Origin: an uncultured Solirubrobacterales bacterium
GTDB taxonomy: Bacteria; Actinomycetota; Thermoleophilia; Solirubrobacterales; Solirubrobacteraceae
Direction: 5' to 3'
DNA: 64,000 nucleotides
Assembly (NCBI GenBank): GCA_963746695.1
Contig: CAVVCP010000023.1
Coordinates: 37,413 to 101,412 of the forward strand
The notes under the pieces: model-generated
The model's database searches: none
Told to the model about the DNA's origin: nothing
Seen by the model: only the letters and a program-made list of their open reading frames with translations
Part shown: positions 1 to 8,746 of the stretch, in pieces
How positions within the stretch are numbered: position 1 is the first letter of the stretch
Layout of the letters: every line of letters begins with the position of its first letter
Position numbers and translations under genes: made by a program

Positions 1-698
1 AGTTCGTGGACTGCAACCGCGAGGACCTCTGCATGTCGTTCAAGGACTTCGAGGCAAAGGCGGACAAGCACAAGCCGAAAGCCGCGTTCCTCGTGCACAT
101 CGGCGGCCACCTCGCGTTCGAGGTCGAGGAGATCGCCCACTACTGCTCGGAGAACGGCATCTTCCTGATCGAGGACTGCGCCCACGCTCACGGCGCGGAG
201 TGGAACGGCCGGCTGCCGGGCACGTACGGCGACGCCGGCGTGTTCTCGCTGTACGCGACCAAGACGATCACGACCGGCGAGGGTGGCGTGCTCGTCTCCA
301 CGAGGCCCGAGGTCGTCGAGTACGCGCGCGCGTTCCGCAACTACGGCAAGCCGAGCTACGAGGTGCCCGGCCTCAACTTCCGGATGAGCGAGTTCACCGC
401 GGCGCTCGGTCTCGCGCAGATCGAACGATTGCCGGAGATCGTGGCGTGGAAGAACGAGATCGCCACGCAACATCTCGACCCGGTCAACCCCAGCCGGCTC
501 GAACTCCCCCGCGGAATGACCTCAGGCTTCTACAAGTACATCGTGTTCGAGTGGCTCGAGCGCTCGACCGGTCGCGTGTACGACGAGCCCTGCCACCGGA
601 TCATGGGACACGACGTGAAGCTGCCCAACAGCGACTGGGTGGCGCGCAACCATTCGTGCGTTCCGCTGTATTACCGACCGGTGAGCGAAGGCGCATGA
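1..698 (+). CDS. DegT/DnrJ/EryC1/StrS-family sugar aminotransferase, C-terminal part (5' end outside window)
   Basis: Reading frame is open to the window edge. FLIEDCAHAHG and LYATKTITTGEGG (PLP-lysine region) are typical of the family. The stop overlaps the next start (ATGA at 695-698). Confidence 0.85.
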   Translation, partial: FVDCNREDLCMSFKDFEAKADKHKPKAAFLVHIGGHLAFEVEEIAHYCSENGIFLIEDCAHAHGAEWNGRLPGTYGDAGVFSLYATKTITTGEGGVLVSTRPEVVEYARAFRNYGKPSYEVPGLNFRMSEFTAALGLAQIERLPEIVAWKNEIATQHLDPVNPSRLELPRGMTSGFYKYIVFEWLERSTGRVYDEPCHRIMGHDVKLPNSDWVARNHSCVPLYYRPVSEGA

Positions 699-3406
699 GA
701 GTCCTGGTTACCGGCGGCTCGGGCTTCATCGGCTCGCACGTGGTCGACAAGCTCCGCGTGCAGGGCCATGAGCCCGTGATCTACGACCTGCGGCCGTCCC
801 CCTGGCACGAGCCTGGCAGCGTCGAGACCGTCCTCGGGTCGATCACCGACCGCGAGGCGCTCGAGCGGGCGCTCCACAGCTGCGACGCGGTCGCCCACCT
901 CGCGGCCGTCGCCGACGTCAACGATGTCCACGCCGAGCCCGAGGACGCCGAGCGCGTCAACGCTCGCGGGACGGTGACCGTGCTCGAGGCCGCGCGGCGG
1001 GCCGGCGTCAAGCGGATCGTCTACGCGAGCACGATCTGGGTCTACTCGGACTGCGAGCAGGAGGTCGTCGACGAGGACACGCTGCTGCCGCCGCCTTCCC
1101 ATCTCTACACCAGCACGAAGCTGGCGGGAGAGCTGTACTGCAAGGCCTATCAGGAGCTGTACGGGATCGACTACACGATCCTGCGGTTCGGGATCCCGTA
1201 CGGGCCACGCGCGCGCGAGGCCGCCGTGATCCCCGCGTTCGTGAACAAGGCGCTGCGCGGGGAGCCGCTGACGCTCGCCGGCGACGGCGGCCAGTCGCGC
1301 CGGTTCGTGTACGTCGAGGACCTCGCCGAGGGCGTCGCGCTCGGGGTCGGCGACGTCGCCCAAAACCGGGTCTACAACCTCGCCAGCGACGAGAACGTGA
1401 CGATCAAGCAGATCGCGGTGAACGTTCAGCGGTTGCTCGGCGACGTCGAGATCGTCTACACGCCGGCGCGGCCGGGCGATTTCGGCGGGAAGGTCGTCCT
1501 GTCTGACCGTGCCGAGCGCGAGCTCGGCTGGACCGCGCGAACGCCGTTCTCGGAAGGCGTCCGGCGCTATGTCGAGTGGCGCCAGGAGCAGACCGCGAGG
1601 TCGGCCGAGCGCGAGGCGGCCGCGGTGATCCCGGCGGGCGAGCCCGACTTCGAGTCCGGGCCCCGCAAGGTGCTCATCATCTCGGCCGACATCGGCGAGG
1701 GCCACGACCTGCCCGCGCGGGCGGTGGCGCGCGAGTTCCACGACGAGGATCCCGACGCGCTGGTGGCGATCGTAAACGGACTTCCCGCGATGGGCTGGTT
1801 CCTGACCAAGCTCCTGCGCGAGAACTCCGAGTTCATGTTCCGCTGGGTGCCGTGGCTGTTCGACCTCCAGTACCGCCTGTTCATGGGGTTCGCGCCGACC
1901 CGGTGGTTCTCGATGAAGATGCTCACGATGCTCGGCCGCCGCGGGCTGATGCGGTTGATCCGTGCTCACAACCCGGACGTGATCGTGTCCACCTACCCCG
2001 GTGTGACGGCCGTGTTGGGCGAGCTACGGCGGACAGGGCGCTTGAAGGTGCCGGTGTACTCCTCGATCACCGATCTCGCGGGCATGCAGTTCTGGGCCCA
2101 CCCCGGGGTCGACCTGCACTTCGTCACCCATCCGGAGACGATCGAGGAGGTCGAGAGCATCGCCGGCCCCGGGAGCGTCCGCTGGGCCAAGCCGCCGACC
2201 TCGCCGGCGTTCCTGGCCGCGCGCTCCCGCGAGGACGCCCGCCGCGCGCTTGGCTTGCCCGGCGACGACACGAAGGTGATCGCGGTGTCCGGCGGCGGCT
2301 GGGGCGTAGGCGACCTGCTCGGCGCCACCCGCGTTGCGCTCGAGGTCCCCGGCGCGCTCGTCCTATGTCTGTGCGGCCGCAACGACAAGCTGCGGGCTCG
2401 GATCTCGAACGAGCTCGGGACCGAACCGCGCCTGCGCGTGATGGGCTTCACCGACCGGATGGGCGACGTGCTCGCGGCGAGCGACGCGCTCGTGCACTCG
2501 AGCGCCGGGCTGACCGTGCTCGAGGCGATCATCCGCGGTTGCCCGGTGATCTCGTACGGCTTCGGCTACGGTCACGTCCGCGTCTCGAACCAGGCGCTCG
2601 AGCGGTTCGGGCTGGCGCAGGTCGCGCGGACGACGGCGGACATCGGCCCCGCGCTCGACCGCGCGCTCGTGCACCGACCCGAGCCCGACCCCTCGTTCGC
2701 CCGGCGGCCGTCGACGGCGTCGCTGATCCTCTCGAACGACCGGCGGGTCGTGGCGCTCCCGGTGTGGCGCGTGCGCACCGCGCGGTGGGCCATCACGGGC
2801 GCGGCGGCGCTGACGATCCTTGGCTGGACGCTCACGACCGGCGCCTCGTACAGCCTCGTCTCCCACTTCGTGCACATCCGTCCGGTGACCGCGGTCGACA
2901 CCACCCGGCCCGAGGTCGGGGTGCTCGTCGACGCCCCGGCGAGCCAGATCCCGGCGATCGCCACGTACCTGTCCGAGCGCGGCATCCGTGCCTCGTTCAC
3001 AATCAGCCAGTCCTCGTATCTGCAGGCGCCGCTCGTCATGGCCTACGGGGATCAGGCGGTGCCGCGGCTCCCCCACGGCGGTCTCGTCCGCTGGCTAGGG
3101 ACGCGCGACGAGCTCCACGACCTGATCTCGAGCCACCACTTCCTGTACGCCTCGAGCGGGCCGAGCGTCGGACAGTGGTGGATGGCGCACGCCACCGGAG
3201 GCCGGCTCGTCGCCGGCGCGATCCGGCTGCAGGACAAGGACGACAGCGTCGGGCATATGCGCGCGGGCGAGGTGGTCGAACTCAAGTGCTCGAACCCGAC
3301 CCAGGTGACGATGCTGGTCGCCAAGCTCAACCAGGGGCTCGACACCTATCACCTGCGCGCGGTGCCGGTCGGCCAGCTGATTCGCGACGCCGGCTCGACC
3401 GTATAG
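695..3406 (+). CDS. Fusion protein: NAD-dependent sugar epimerase/dehydratase (SDR) + GT28 MGDG-synthase/UgtP-like glycosyltransferase + TM helix + uncharacterised C-terminal domain
   Basis: ATG at 695 (MRVLVTGGSGFIGSHVV; YTSTKLAGE as YxxxK). No stop codon until 3406. From about 1660: PRKVLIISADIGEGHDLPARAV ... SGGGWGVGD ... MGFTDRM ... SSAGLTVLEA (MGDG_synth / Glyco_tran_28_C pattern). Hydrophobic WAITGAAALTILGWTLTTGA at about 2790-2850. The 200..694 part of the tracked ORF is out of frame with the aminotransferase gene and was discarded. Confidence 0.8.
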   Translation: MRVLVTGGSGFIGSHVVDKLRVQGHEPVIYDLRPSPWHEPGSVETVLGSITDREALERALHSCDAVAHLAAVADVNDVHAEPEDAERVNARGTVTVLEAARRAGVKRIVYASTIWVYSDCEQEVVDEDTLLPPPSHLYTSTKLAGELYCKAYQELYGIDYTILRFGIPYGPRAREAAVIPAFVNKALRGEPLTLAGDGGQSRRFVYVEDLAEGVALGVGDVAQNRVYNLASDENVTIKQIAVNVQRLLGDVEIVYTPARPGDFGGKVVLSDRAERELGWTARTPFSEGVRRYVEWRQEQTARSAEREAAAVIPAGEPDFESGPRKVLIISADIGEGHDLPARAVAREFHDEDPDALVAIVNGLPAMGWFLTKLLRENSEFMFRWVPWLFDLQYRLFMGFAPTRWFSMKMLTMLGRRGLMRLIRAHNPDVIVSTYPGVTAVLGELRRTGRLKVPVYSSITDLAGMQFWAHPGVDLHFVTHPETIEEVESIAGPGSVRWAKPPTSPAFLAARSREDARRALGLPGDDTKVIAVSGGGWGVGDLLGATRVALEVPGALVLCLCGRNDKLRARISNELGTEPRLRVMGFTDRMGDVLAASDALVHSSAGLTVLEAIIRGCPVISYGFGYGHVRVSNQALERFGLAQVARTTADIGPALDRALVHRPEPDPSFARRPSTASLILSNDRRVVALPVWRVRTARWAITGAAALTILGWTLTTGASYSLVSHFVHIRPVTAVDTTRPEVGVLVDAPASQIPAIATYLSERGIRASFTISQSSYLQAPLVMAYGDQAVPRLPHGGLVRWLGTRDELHDLISSHHFLYASSGPSVGQWWMAHATGGRLVAGAIRLQDKDDSVGHMRAGEVVELKCSNPTQVTMLVAKLNQGLDTYHLRAVPVGQLIRDAGSTV

Positions 3407-3427
3407 GCGTCTAGGCACGGGGGTCCA

Positions 3428-3455
3428 CGGGCGCGGCGCGCTCACGCCGCGCCCG
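3428..3455. terminator. GC-rich hairpin between convergent genes (possible bidirectional terminator)
   Basis: CGGGCGCGGCG (3428-3438), 6-nt loop, CGCCGCGCCCG (3445-3455): a perfect 11-bp stem. No clear U-tract. Confidence 0.5.
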
Positions 3456-3468
3456 GGCCGTCTTCGGG

Positions 3469-6138
3469 TCAGGTGAACGCGATGCCGGTCGGCTCGGTGG
3501 CAAGGCCCGCCTGGGCCGTATTCGTCACTGCGTTCGTCGTCGTGTCGATGATCGCGAGCGACCCCGACACGTTGCACGCCACCCACATGTAGCGGTTGTC
3601 GGGGGCGAGCGCGATCGCGGTTGGGATCTGGTTGGGCTGGGTGAACGTCGTCACCGTGTCGGTGTACGTGAACGAACCAAGTGGGATCTTGTTCGTCACC
3701 CTCTGGGTGGCGGTGTTGATCACCGACACAGTGTTCTCGTTGGCGTTGGTCACGTACGCGCTCGAGCCGTCCGACTTGAACGCGGTGCTCCATGGAGTGC
3801 TGCCGACCCCGATCCGACCAACGGTGCGGAGCGACGACGTAGCCAGGACTACGACCTGGTCACGCTCGGAGTCGGTCACCCAGGCATGCTTGCCGTCCGG
3901 TGTGACCGCCACACCGTGCGGTTGGTGGAGCGACTCGGATACCTTGCTCACCCTGCCGTTCGAGGTCTTGATGACGTACACGCCGTCGGCGCAGGTCACG
4001 AACACCAGCGAGCCGTCGGGGGACACCGTCACGATCTGCGGCGCCTCACCGACGTCGACCGTGCCGGTCACGGCCTGACTGGATACGTCTACGACCGACA
4101 CGGTGTCCGAGCCTCCCCGGCCGGTGTTCGGGCCGGTGTTGGCCACGTAGGCCGTCTTGCCGTCCGGCGTGATCGCGATCCCGTGGGGATATATCCCGAC
4201 CACGACCGTGGTCGTGATCTTGTTCGTTTGCGTACTGATCACCGACACGGTGTTCGTGCCGGACTCGGTGACCCACACCTCGCTCCCGTCCGGCGTCGCA
4301 GCGACGCCGTAGGGATTGGTCGTTCCGCTGCTGATCGCCGAGGCGAGCATGAACGTCGAGGTGTTGAAGATCCCGACGGCCCCGCCGACGATCGCCGGCA
4401 CGTAGGCATACGCGGTGCCTGCGATCAGCGGCTTGCCGGCCACCGCCTGGATCTTGGCCAGGTAGACCTGGTCACCGCCATCGCGCGCGAAGTCGGCGCG
4501 GTGGCTTGTGCGGTTCTCTTCCAGGCGGCTCGCGGTCGCGGGCAGCGCTTTGCGCGAGCCCGAGCGCTCCCACGGACGCGGCTGTGGGTTCCACGGCAGC
4601 CGCGGACGGCGCTTCTCCTGCACCGGCGGGGTCTGGGCCGCTCCCGGGATCGTCGGCGCCGGGAGCGTCTCGACCTCGTTCTCGGCCTGCCAGAACTCGC
4701 CGATCGTGTTCGGGAACGTCGGCGGGAACGTCGTCGACTTGCCGCCCGAGAATCCGAGCGCCGAGGTGAGATCGCCGAAGGTCTGACGGCGCCAGTCGGT
4801 GATGTTGGTCTCACGGACGCCGGTGAAGCTCTCGAGGAACTGGAGCACCGAGGTGTGGTCGAACTGCTCGGTGGCGACGAAGCCGCCGACCGTCCACGGC
4901 GAGACGATGAACGCCGGCACCCGGATTCCTCCGCCGATCGGCCAGTTCGGGGACGCCGGCGTGGTGTTCGCCTGGACGAACTCATCCTTCGTCCCGGCCG
5001 GCGGCAGCGGCGGTACGACGTGGTCGAACAGCCCGTCGTTCTCGTCGTAGTTGACGATGAACACGGTCTTCGACCACAGGTCGCGGTTTTCTGCGACCGC
5101 GTTCAGCTTCGACGCGAGGTAATTCGCCCCCGAAGCCGGGAGGTAGGACGGGTGCTCGCTCTGGCCCGAGGTCGGGACGATCCACGAAACGGTCGGAAGC
5201 TTGTCGTGCCGGGCGTCCCATTCGAACCGATCGGGCGGGTAGATCGTCAGGGCGCCCTCATACAGCGGTGAGCCGGGCTTCGCGGCCTGGTAGGCCTCGA
5301 AGAACTCCAGCACGTTGGTGCCGTAGTCGTCCTCTTCCTGGTAGATGCGCCAGCTGATCCCGGCCTTGGTTAGGCGCTCCGGGTATGTCGTCCACGTGTA
5401 CGGGGTTCCGGTGGCAGGACTGGGGACCACGTTCGAGATGACCGGGCCGCCATCTTTGCCCTCTGGATCGATCATCCCGGTCATCAGGTACATGCGGTTC
5501 GGCCAGGTCGGGCCGAGCAGCGAGCAGAAGTAGTGGTCGCACAGCGTGAACGTCTCGGCCAGCGCGAAGTGGAACGGGATGTCCTGGCGCTCGTAGTAAC
5601 CCATCGTGTATGGGCCGTGGCTGGTGCCGTCGGCCATGATGTGAGCCGGCAGCCAGTTGTTGTTGTAAGCGGTGGTCGGCTGCCCGGCCGTGGGCGGCAC
5701 CGTGATGTTCAGCGCGAAGTGCTGGTAATACCAGGCGTGAGACGTGGACGGGATCGCCTGCGCGCTGGTGGACTTCGTGTCCAGGTGCCAGGGGAGCAGG
5801 TAGCCGTCGGGGTTCTGACCCGGTCCCGTTCCGGTGGGCTCGTACTGGTAGAAGATCGACTTGCCCTGCACCGAATTGAACGGCGGAGTCGGGTCGGACT
5901 GGATCAGCGCGTTCGGGTCGCCGAAGCCGGCCACCCCGCCGAGCGTGCCGAAGTAGTGGTCGAACGAGCGGTTCTCCTGCATGTGGATGACCACGTGCTT
6001 GACGTCTCTGAGCGAGCCGCGTCGTGTTCCCTCGGCCGCGGCACGGGCAAGCGCCGGCGGCAGCATCGAGGAGGCGAGTATTCCGCCGGCACCGGCGGCG
6101 GCGGAGCTCAGCAAACGGCGGCGGGTTACCTCGGGCAT
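3469..6138 (-). CDS. Tat-exported phosphocholine-type phospholipase C / phosphoesterase fused to a C-terminal YVTN beta-propeller
   Basis: TRRRLLSSAAAGAGG twin-arginine signal. HVVIHMQENRSFDHYFGTLGG is a PLC/phosphoesterase-family signature. The last ~310 aa (about 3469-4416) are repeated blades of the type TPDG..AYVTN...TVSVI. Confidence 0.85.
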   Translation of the reverse strand: MPEVTRRRLLSSAAAGAGGILASSMLPPALARAAAEGTRRGSLRDVKHVVIHMQENRSFDHYFGTLGGVAGFGDPNALIQSDPTPPFNSVQGKSIFYQYEPTGTGPGQNPDGYLLPWHLDTKSTSAQAIPSTSHAWYYQHFALNITVPPTAGQPTTAYNNNWLPAHIMADGTSHGPYTMGYYERQDIPFHFALAETFTLCDHYFCSLLGPTWPNRMYLMTGMIDPEGKDGGPVISNVVPSPATGTPYTWTTYPERLTKAGISWRIYQEEDDYGTNVLEFFEAYQAAKPGSPLYEGALTIYPPDRFEWDARHDKLPTVSWIVPTSGQSEHPSYLPASGANYLASKLNAVAENRDLWSKTVFIVNYDENDGLFDHVVPPLPPAGTKDEFVQANTTPASPNWPIGGGIRVPAFIVSPWTVGGFVATEQFDHTSVLQFLESFTGVRETNITDWRRQTFGDLTSALGFSGGKSTTFPPTFPNTIGEFWQAENEVETLPAPTIPGAAQTPPVQEKRRPRLPWNPQPRPWERSGSRKALPATASRLEENRTSHRADFARDGGDQVYLAKIQAVAGKPLIAGTAYAYVPAIVGGAVGIFNTSTFMLASAISSGTTNPYGVAATPDGSEVWVTESGTNTVSVISTQTNKITTTVVVGIYPHGIAITPDGKTAYVANTGPNTGRGGSDTVSVVDVSSQAVTGTVDVGEAPQIVTVSPDGSLVFVTCADGVYVIKTSNGRVSKVSESLHQPHGVAVTPDGKHAWVTDSERDQVVVLATSSLRTVGRIGVGSTPWSTAFKSDGSSAYVTNANENTVSVINTATQRVTNKIPLGSFTYTDTVTTFTQPNQIPTAIALAPDNRYMWVACNVSGSLAIIDTTTNAVTNTAQAGLATEPTGIAFT

Positions 6139-6171
6139 GGAAAAGCCCCCCTTCGGGCTGACGTGACGACA

Positions 6172-6362
6172 TGGATTCGTTACCCACGAGCGCGCGGAGC
6201 GACACGGGGAATTTCGTTACCCACGGCCCGCGTGACGCGACGCGACGCCGCGGCGCGGGGATTCGTGACTGGACCGGCGGCCGGATCCTAGGTCGGGCCC
6301 GGAGGCACTGTGTTACCGCGATGCGTCGGTCGTGTTACCGAGACGTTGCCGGACCGGTGACC
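6172..6362. promoter_or_regulatory. Array of GTTACC-type direct repeats upstream of the phospholipase C gene (candidate PHO-box-like operator)
   Basis: ATTCGTTACCCACG at 6175-6188, ATTTCGTTACCCACG at 6211-6225, ATTCGTGAC at 6261-6269. GTTACC at 6312 and 6334, GTTGCC at 6345, GTGACC at 6357, giving 22/11/12-nt phasing. Confidence 0.3.
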
Positions 6363-6386
6363 GCGGCGTGTGGATGCACTTACCGG

Positions 6387-7400
6387 TTACCAGTGCACGC
6401 CGCGAGTGGCCCGCACGAACGCCCGCTCCTCGGGCGTCGGCTGGTGGTCGGGCTCCTTCGTGTCGCCCTCGGGGATCAGGTGGTAGGCGCGGTTGACGAC
6501 GAGGTCCTGTGCGCCCGGCGCGACCGCGTACGTCAGCTGGCCGATCGTGCCGAGCGTGGTCGCGATCCGCTTGGGGCGCTTGCGGATCGCCTCGGCGATG
6601 ATGTGGCCGGCATCCTTCGGGCTGAGGGTTGGGAAGCGGTCGTAGATCTTGGTCGGGGCGATCATCGGGGTGCGGACGAGCGGCATGTAGACGGTGGTGA
6701 TGTGCACGCCGTCGTTGATGATCTCCGGCCCGATCGACCGCGAGAACGCGTCGAGCGCGGCCTTCGACGCCACGTACGCGCTGAACCGCGGCGTGTTCAT
6801 CTGCAGGCCGATCGTGGAGATGTTCACGATGTGGCCCGACCCCCGCTCGCGCATCGTCGGCAGCAGGTTGAGGATCAGCTTGACCGCGGCGAAGTAGTTG
6901 AGCTGCATGGTCCGCTGGTAGTCGTGGAACCGGTCATAGGCCCGGTCGACGGAGCGGCGAATCGACTTGCCGGCGTTGTTGACGAGGACGTCGACGGCCT
7001 GGTGCTGCTCGAGCACCTCCGCGCACATCCGGTCGATGTCGTCGGTGTCGCTGAGATCGCAAGTGTGTACGTAGGCGACGCCACCGAGGCCCTCGATCTC
7101 GTCGGCGACCTCCTGAAGCTGGTCGTGTCGGCGGGCGACCAGCAGCATCGTCCCACCCGCCTCGCCGATCTCGAGCGCGGCCGCCTTGCCGATCCCCGAC
7201 GACGCACCGGTGATCATCACCGTGCGGCCGCTGACCGCGTCCGGGAGCGAGCGGGCGAGCACATCGCCGGCGCCAGGGATGCGCTGGCCGAACGCGCGTA
7301 GCGTGCGGATGCCGTCGGCGGCGAGGTCGAGTGGATTCGGAGGTGCCATCGCGGATGTGACCGTACCATCGCCGCGGGCCAGGGGTGTCAAGCAATCCAT
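6387..7400 (-). CDS. Short-chain dehydrogenase/reductase (SDR) family oxidoreductase
   Basis: VMITGASSGIGKAAA (TGxxxGxG), NNAG, YVASKAAL (YxxxK). An alternative start at 7349 (MAPPNP) is possible. Confidence 0.85.
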   Translation of the reverse strand: MDCLTPLARGDGTVTSAMAPPNPLDLAADGIRTLRAFGQRIPGAGDVLARSLPDAVSGRTVMITGASSGIGKAAALEIGEAGGTMLLVARRHDQLQEVADEIEGLGGVAYVHTCDLSDTDDIDRMCAEVLEQHQAVDVLVNNAGKSIRRSVDRAYDRFHDYQRTMQLNYFAAVKLILNLLPTMRERGSGHIVNISTIGLQMNTPRFSAYVASKAALDAFSRSIGPEIINDGVHITTVYMPLVRTPMIAPTKIYDRFPTLSPKDAGHIIAEAIRKRPKRIATTLGTIGQLTYAVAPGAQDLVVNRAYHLIPEGDTKEPDHQPTPEERAFVRATRGVHW

Positions 7401-7412
7401 CCGAGCCGCATG

Positions 7413-7426
7413 CGAACATGTGTTCG
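7413..7426. promoter_or_regulatory. LexA (SOS) box CGAACATGTGTTCG in front of the imuB-like gene
   Basis: Perfect palindromic GAAC-N4-GTTC core matching the actinobacterial/Gram-positive SOS box TCGAAC-N4-GTTCGA. The identical 14-mer recurs at 18367 and 46101. Confidence 0.8.
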
Positions 7427-7429
7427 CTC

Positions 7430-8620
7430 ATGGTCGCCTGCGTCCTCCTCCCTCGCTTCCAGCTCACCGTCGCCTCCGAGGGTCGTGCTGAGCTGTTGCA
7501 GGCGCCCACGGCGCTCGCCCCGGAGCCGGGGGGATTGCAGCAGGTCGGCGAGGTCTCGCTGTCGGCCGAGGCATTCGGCGTCCATCCTGGGATGCGCCTG
7601 GGGGAGGCGCTGGCGCGCTGCCCCCGTCTCACGCTCATACCTCCGGATCCCGTCGGCGTCGCCGACTCCTGGGAGCGCCTGCTCGTCCGCCTGGAATCGA
7701 TGGGCGCGGCAGTCGAGCCCGAGCGGCCGGGGCTTGTCTGCTTCGACGCGCGCGGGCTGCTGCGGTTGTATGGCGGGATCGAGGGGGTGCTGGCGGCGGC
7801 CCGCCGGAGCCTGCGGGTGCCGGCTCGCTACGGAGTGGCGCCGTCACGGTTCGCGGCGGTGGCGGCGGCGACTCGCGCCCGGGTGCGCCGGCCGGTGATC
7901 GTCTCCGGGGGGCGCAAGCAGGCGGGCGAGTTCCTCGCGCCGCTGCCGGTGACGCTGTTGCGGGCCAGGCCGGCGCTGGCCGAGCTGCCCGATGCGCTCG
8001 AGCGCCTGGGCATCGGCACCCTGGGCGAGCTGGCGGCGCTGGAGCCGGCGGCGCTGGCCGATCGGTTCGGTACGGCCGGTCTCCACGCCCACGAGCTGGC
8101 GAGCGGCGGCGACGGCGCCCTGCGGCCCCGGCCGGCGAGCGAGTACCTGCGCGAGGCGCTCGAGTTGCCGGAGGCAGCGTCGGGCATGCAGCTCGAGCGC
8201 GCGCTCGGGCTGCTGATCGATCGCCTGCTGGCGCGGCGAGAGCGACGCGGCCGGACGCTGCGGGCGGTGGTGCTGTCCGCGGCGCTCGTGGAGCACGGCG
8301 GCACGTGGCGCGAGCAGGTCGTGTTTCGCGAGGCGCTGGCCGATCCGGCGAGGATGCGGCTCGCGCTCGTCCCGCGGCTGGCGCTGATGCCGGCGCCGGC
8401 GCAGCAGCTGCGGCTCGCGGTCGAGCGGTTCGGACCGCACGCGAGCGATCAAGGGGGCCTGCTGGATGATCCGGTCGCAGCCCGAACGGCACGCCTGCGC
8501 GAGGCGATCCGTCAGGCCCGTGCCGCCGCGGGTCCCGATGCCGCCCTGCGCGTGCTCGAGGTCGATCCCCAATCGCGCGTCCCCGAGCGGCGCGCGGTGC
8601 TGACCCCATTCGAGGGATGA
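7430..8620 (+). CDS. imuB: ImuB-like Y-family DNA polymerase homologue (catalytically inactive type)
   Basis: MVACVLLPRFQL reads LLPRF where DinB-type enzymes carry D-x-D-x-F, so the catalytic aspartates are absent. Y-family-like body. A LexA box lies 4 nt upstream. Start chosen at ATG 7430; the tracked ORF opens at 7385. Confidence 0.7.
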   Translation: MVACVLLPRFQLTVASEGRAELLQAPTALAPEPGGLQQVGEVSLSAEAFGVHPGMRLGEALARCPRLTLIPPDPVGVADSWERLLVRLESMGAAVEPERPGLVCFDARGLLRLYGGIEGVLAAARRSLRVPARYGVAPSRFAAVAAATRARVRRPVIVSGGRKQAGEFLAPLPVTLLRARPALAELPDALERLGIGTLGELAALEPAALADRFGTAGLHAHELASGGDGALRPRPASEYLREALELPEAASGMQLERALGLLIDRLLARRERRGRTLRAVVLSAALVEHGGTWREQVVFREALADPARMRLALVPRLALMPAPAQQLRLAVERFGPHASDQGGLLDDPVAARTARLREAIRQARAAAGPDAALRVLEVDPQSRVPERRAVLTPFEG

Positions 8621-8674
8621 GCTCTCCCCGCCCGCGGTCGCTGGCCCATCGGGTCGCCAACCCACGGCGTGGGC

Positions 8675-8716
8675 TTACACACTTATCGTGGATGATTTAC
8701 ACAGATTCTGTGATTA
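8675..8716 (+). repeat. Left copy of paired TTACACA repeat (TTACACA-N15-TTACACA-GATTCTGTGATTA)
   Basis: TTACACA at 8675-8681 and 8697-8703 (22-nt spacing) in an AT-rich stretch. It mirrors the arrangement at 9941-9980. Confidence 0.6.
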
Positions 8717-8717
8717 G

Positions 8718-8737
8718 CGTTTCCGCGGAAACGTTTT
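8718..8737 (+). terminator. Intrinsic-terminator-like palindrome downstream of imuB and the convergent ATPase gene
   Basis: Perfect 16-nt palindrome CGTTTCCGCGGAAACG (8718-8733) followed by TTTT (8734-8737). Confidence 0.55.
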
Positions 8738-8746
8738 GGTTGTCGG

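Noticed and set aside
200-694. Upstream extension of the 1068-aa tracked ORF (200..3406).
   Set aside because: It overlaps the DegT aminotransferase gene out of frame with nonsense-like text. The epimerase module begins at ATG 695 with a canonical Rossmann N-terminus and ATGA coupling.
671-1969. Long antisense or alternative-frame ORFs overlapping clear genes. Examples: 671..1969(-), 1576..3414(+), 5258..6205(-), 9862..11694(-), 12181..13899(-), 14087..16192(-), 39286..40230(-), 43456..45096(-).
   Set aside because: Their translations are Arg/Pro/Gly/Ala-rich with no motifs. This is typical of off-frame open stretches in very GC-rich DNA. In each case another frame carries strong family signatures.
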